NCBI GenBank assembly: GCA_043228905.1
Contig: JBHGNT010000005.1
Span: forward strand, 9,734,001-9,798,000
DNA: 64,000 nucleotides
From: Azolla caroliniana
Lineage: Eukaryota > Plantae > Polypodiophyta
Direction: 5' to 3'
The notes beneath the pieces were generated by a model. That model was not told where the DNA came from, ran no database searches, and worked only from the letters and a program-made list of their open reading frames with translations. Shown here one piece after another: positions 60,990 to 64,000 of this stretch. The translations under genes were made by a program, and so were the position numbers. Numbering within the stretch: position 1 is the stretch's first letter; each line of letters begins with the position of its first letter.

Positions 60990-63900
60990 TGTCACGGATC
61001 ATAAACTCAAGAGACAACCAAGAAGATAACCAAACGGACAAGAAAGAAGATAGTACTAAAGGAAAGAATCCATAACTGGTGTTGTTCACCTTGAATTCCT
61101 TCAAGGTGAACTCCTCTATTTATACTACATGGCATGCATACTTGTTGCACGCATGTGAATCTACAATAGAGCATGTAGGTATGCATGCATGTGCCAAGTG
61201 TAAATACTACAAGGGAGCAACTATGCACATGATGCTAGCAAAATAATAAGGACCAATTACATACATAACTAGTACTAGATATCTTGGTTAACTCATAATA
61301 GTAGATTATAACATGGTCGTGTCAAGAGTTCGAATCTTGACATTATCCCCCCTCTTACCCCGCCTTCCCAAATCGGCCGCTGGTTTGTGGGGATATCGGT
61401 GATGAAAATCTTGGACGACCTCTGGGGCATTTTGTAAATTTGCCGATGGTTCCCATGTGGCCTCAGACATGGGGTAACCCCTCCATAGGACGAGGTATTG
61501 CAAGTGTCGACGGTGCCAACGCGAGTCAAGGATTTGGTCGACCTCGTATTCCTCCCCTGTCGTCAATTGCACAGGTGGTGGTGGTGGGGCTTGACGTCCT
61601 GAGAGTTGTGAAGCATAATGGGGTTCGAGGAGGGAGACATGAAAAACATCGTGAATCCGGAAGTGGGATGGAAGGGTGAGCCGGAAGGCGACGGGATTGA
61701 TGCACTCGATGATACGGAATGGTCCCAACTTCTTGTAATCAAGTTTCGCACATGGACGAGTAGTAGAGATGTGTCGACGTAACAACCAGACCATGTCTCC
61801 AACGACAAAGTGTGGAGTGGAAGATCGATGGCGATCAGCCTGCTTCTTGTATCGTTCATTAGCAAGACTAAGCTCCAAGGATAAATCATGATGTACTTCT
61901 TCCAAAATGCGGCCACGATCCTCCGCCGAAGGGTTCACGGAAGTGGTAGGAAGGGAAATGTTGACGCGAGGATGTAAACCATAGTTGGCAAAGAAGGGAG
62001 TGACGCCAGTCGATGCATGGAGAGAATTATTGTAGGCGAATTCCGCGAGCGAAAGTAAGTTGACCCAATCATCTTGTTGGTAACTAACCGAGCACCGAAG
62101 ATACTGCTCAAGGATTTGGTTGACACGCTCCGTTTGCCCGTCAGTTTGGGGGTGATAAGCGGAGGACAACTTGACAGAGATGCCTAAAGTTTGTAGCAGG
62201 CGCTGCCAGAAGTGAGAGACAAACTGGGGTCCGCGATCCGAGATGACATCATCGGGGAGTCCATGCAAGCGTACTACATTGTTGAGTAGGAGATGCACCA
62301 TTCCTTCTCCGGAAATGGTTTTGGAGCATGGAGTGAAGTGAGCCATCTTTGTAAACCGATCGACAACGACCAACACCGAGTCATAGCTATTGACCAAGGG
62401 TAGATCAGTTATCAGGTCCATAGAGATAGAGGCCCAAGGACGACGAGGACATGGAAGCGGTTGTAGTAAGCCGTATGGCCGATGATGAATGGCTTTGGAG
62501 CGAGCACAAACCTCACAACTCTTTATGTATTCTTTGACCAACTTCCATGGTTGTGGCCACCAATACCCCCGAGAGATTAGCTCGAGGGTTTTCGCGACCC
62601 CGAAATGACCTGCAAGTGGGTCATCCTGGCATTCCCGCAACACCCGGGTGCGACATGGGCCCTCTGGGACGTATAAGAGATGATCTCGGAACAACAAACC
62701 CTCTTGTATGGTGAAGGTGTCAAGATCCTTCCTTTTGGTCGCCGTGGAGGGGTTTTGCAGACTATCTCGAATCTCGTTGGCGAACGCATCGGTCTTGGAT
62801 GCATCAGTGATTTGTTGGAGTAAAGAATCATCCTGCAACATACAAGTGGCAAACATATGCAATTGGTCGGGTTTCAACAAACGTCTAAATTGTTGAGCAT
62901 AAGCAGCATCCCCAGGGCGGAGTGCAAGGTCAGCTCAGCGAGAAAGGGCATCAAACTTCCCATGTTGGCCACCAGGTCGAAATACGATCTCAAAATCGTA
63001 GTCGGCGAGAAATGTAGACCAATGGGCCTGCCTTCGATTCAAAGTACGAGTGGTGGAAAAATAAACTAAATTTTTATGATCAGTCACTACCTGGACACGA
63101 TGTTGTGCGCCGGCCAAGTAGGGTCGCCATTCTTCAAAGGCAACAATGATAGCAGCAAGCTCCTTGTCGTAAATGGGATAATTGATTTCGGATGCCGTAA
63201 ATTTTCGGGAATAATAAGCCATTGGGTGCATTAGGTTGTTGTCGTCTGCTTGGGATAAGATGGCGCCAATGGCAAAGTCAGAGGCATCGGTTTCGACTTG
63301 GAAGGGTTTTGTGGGGTCGGCATGTAGCAGCACCGGGGCAGTGATGAATGCGTGTTTGAGTGAGTCGAACGCATTTTGTGCCTCCGAGGTCCATAAAAAT
63401 GGAGTGCCTTTATGGGTGAGAGCGATAAGAGGTTGTGCTAGGGTGGAAAACCCCTTGATGAAGCGACGGTAAAAATTTGTGAAGCCGAGGAAGGATTGCA
63501 CATCTTTAAGTCGCCTTGGAGTCGCCCACGCCTGAATGACAGAGACCTTCTTCATATCCATGGTGATGCCAGTGGGCGAGATGATGTAGCCTAGAAATTC
63601 GATCGAGGTACGGTCGAACTCGCATTTCTCGCCTTTGGCATAAAGGCCATGCTCGCGAAGTTTGGCCAGAACTAATCGGACTTGGTGAGTATGCTCCTCC
63701 ATGTTTGGCGAGAAAATGAGAATATCATCGAGGTAAATGACAACAAAAAGATCAAGATATTCCCGGAAAATATCGTTCATCATATGTTGAAAAATTGCGG
63801 GAGCGTTAGTAAGACCAAAAGGCATTACCTTGTATTCGAAATGCCCATACCGTGTTCGAAATGCGGTTTTCCATTCATCCCCCGGCTTGATGCGTACTAG

Positions 63901-64000
63901 ATTGTACACGCCACGCAGATCAACTTTGGAGAAGACACGCGCAACTCGGAGCTGATCAAGGAGTTCGGGGATCAGAGGTAGCGGATAGCGGTTGCGCACA
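60990..64000 (-). mobile_element. Tcn1-like chromovirus, 3' part (RT-RH-INT-chromodomain, PPT 61356-61343, 3' LTR 61342-60990); continues off the right edge
   Basis: RYPLPLI, KTAFRTRYGHFEY.VMPFGLTNAP, YLDD, ETDASD, SDRGPQF, GPF, chromodomain YEVDQILDSR...YLVLWRGY....TWEP; one in-frame TGA at 62937-62935. Confidence 0.95.

Noticed and set aside
62935-62937. TGA between RNase H and integrase as a recoding site
   Set aside because: It falls in the conserved DALSRR-type motif, so CGA>TGA deamination is the simpler explanation.

Overview
AT-rich land-plant genomic DNA, probably a non-seed plant such as a fern (inferred from Tcn1-like and Phygy-like retroelements plus a VNS-clade NAC gene). About two thirds of the window is nested LTR retrotransposons. 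These comprise Ty1/copia elements (1-3280, 17400-18840, 23431-27995, 43448-56840, 57716-58193, 59178-60989), Athila/Tat-like Ty3/gypsy elements (4059-13432 near-intact, 15360-21823 deleted, 58438-59177 fragment), Tcn1-like chromoviruses (16300-17399, 55691-56112 solo LTR, 60990-64000) and a GC-rich tRNA-Trp-primed gypsy (45130-52017). There is also a 5'-truncated RTEX-like LINE. Two host genes lie in the central island: a DUF179/YqgE-family gene (29614-32084) and a divergent VND/NST/SMB-clade NAC transcription factor (39180-41272). Top observation: both Athila-like elements lack a polypurine tract. In its place, 2 nt before the 3' LTR, each carries a sense-strand mimic of a tRNA-Arg 3' half ending in CCA, which suggests tRNA-primed (or tRNA-mimic-primed) plus-strand synthesis. 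Other highlights are a virus-like G_GAU_UUU -1 frameshift cassette, self-priming chromovirus LTRs with heat-shock elements and tRNA-like boxes, and three gypsy insertions in the same ~50-nt copia RT motif. All calls were made by eye, with no database searches.
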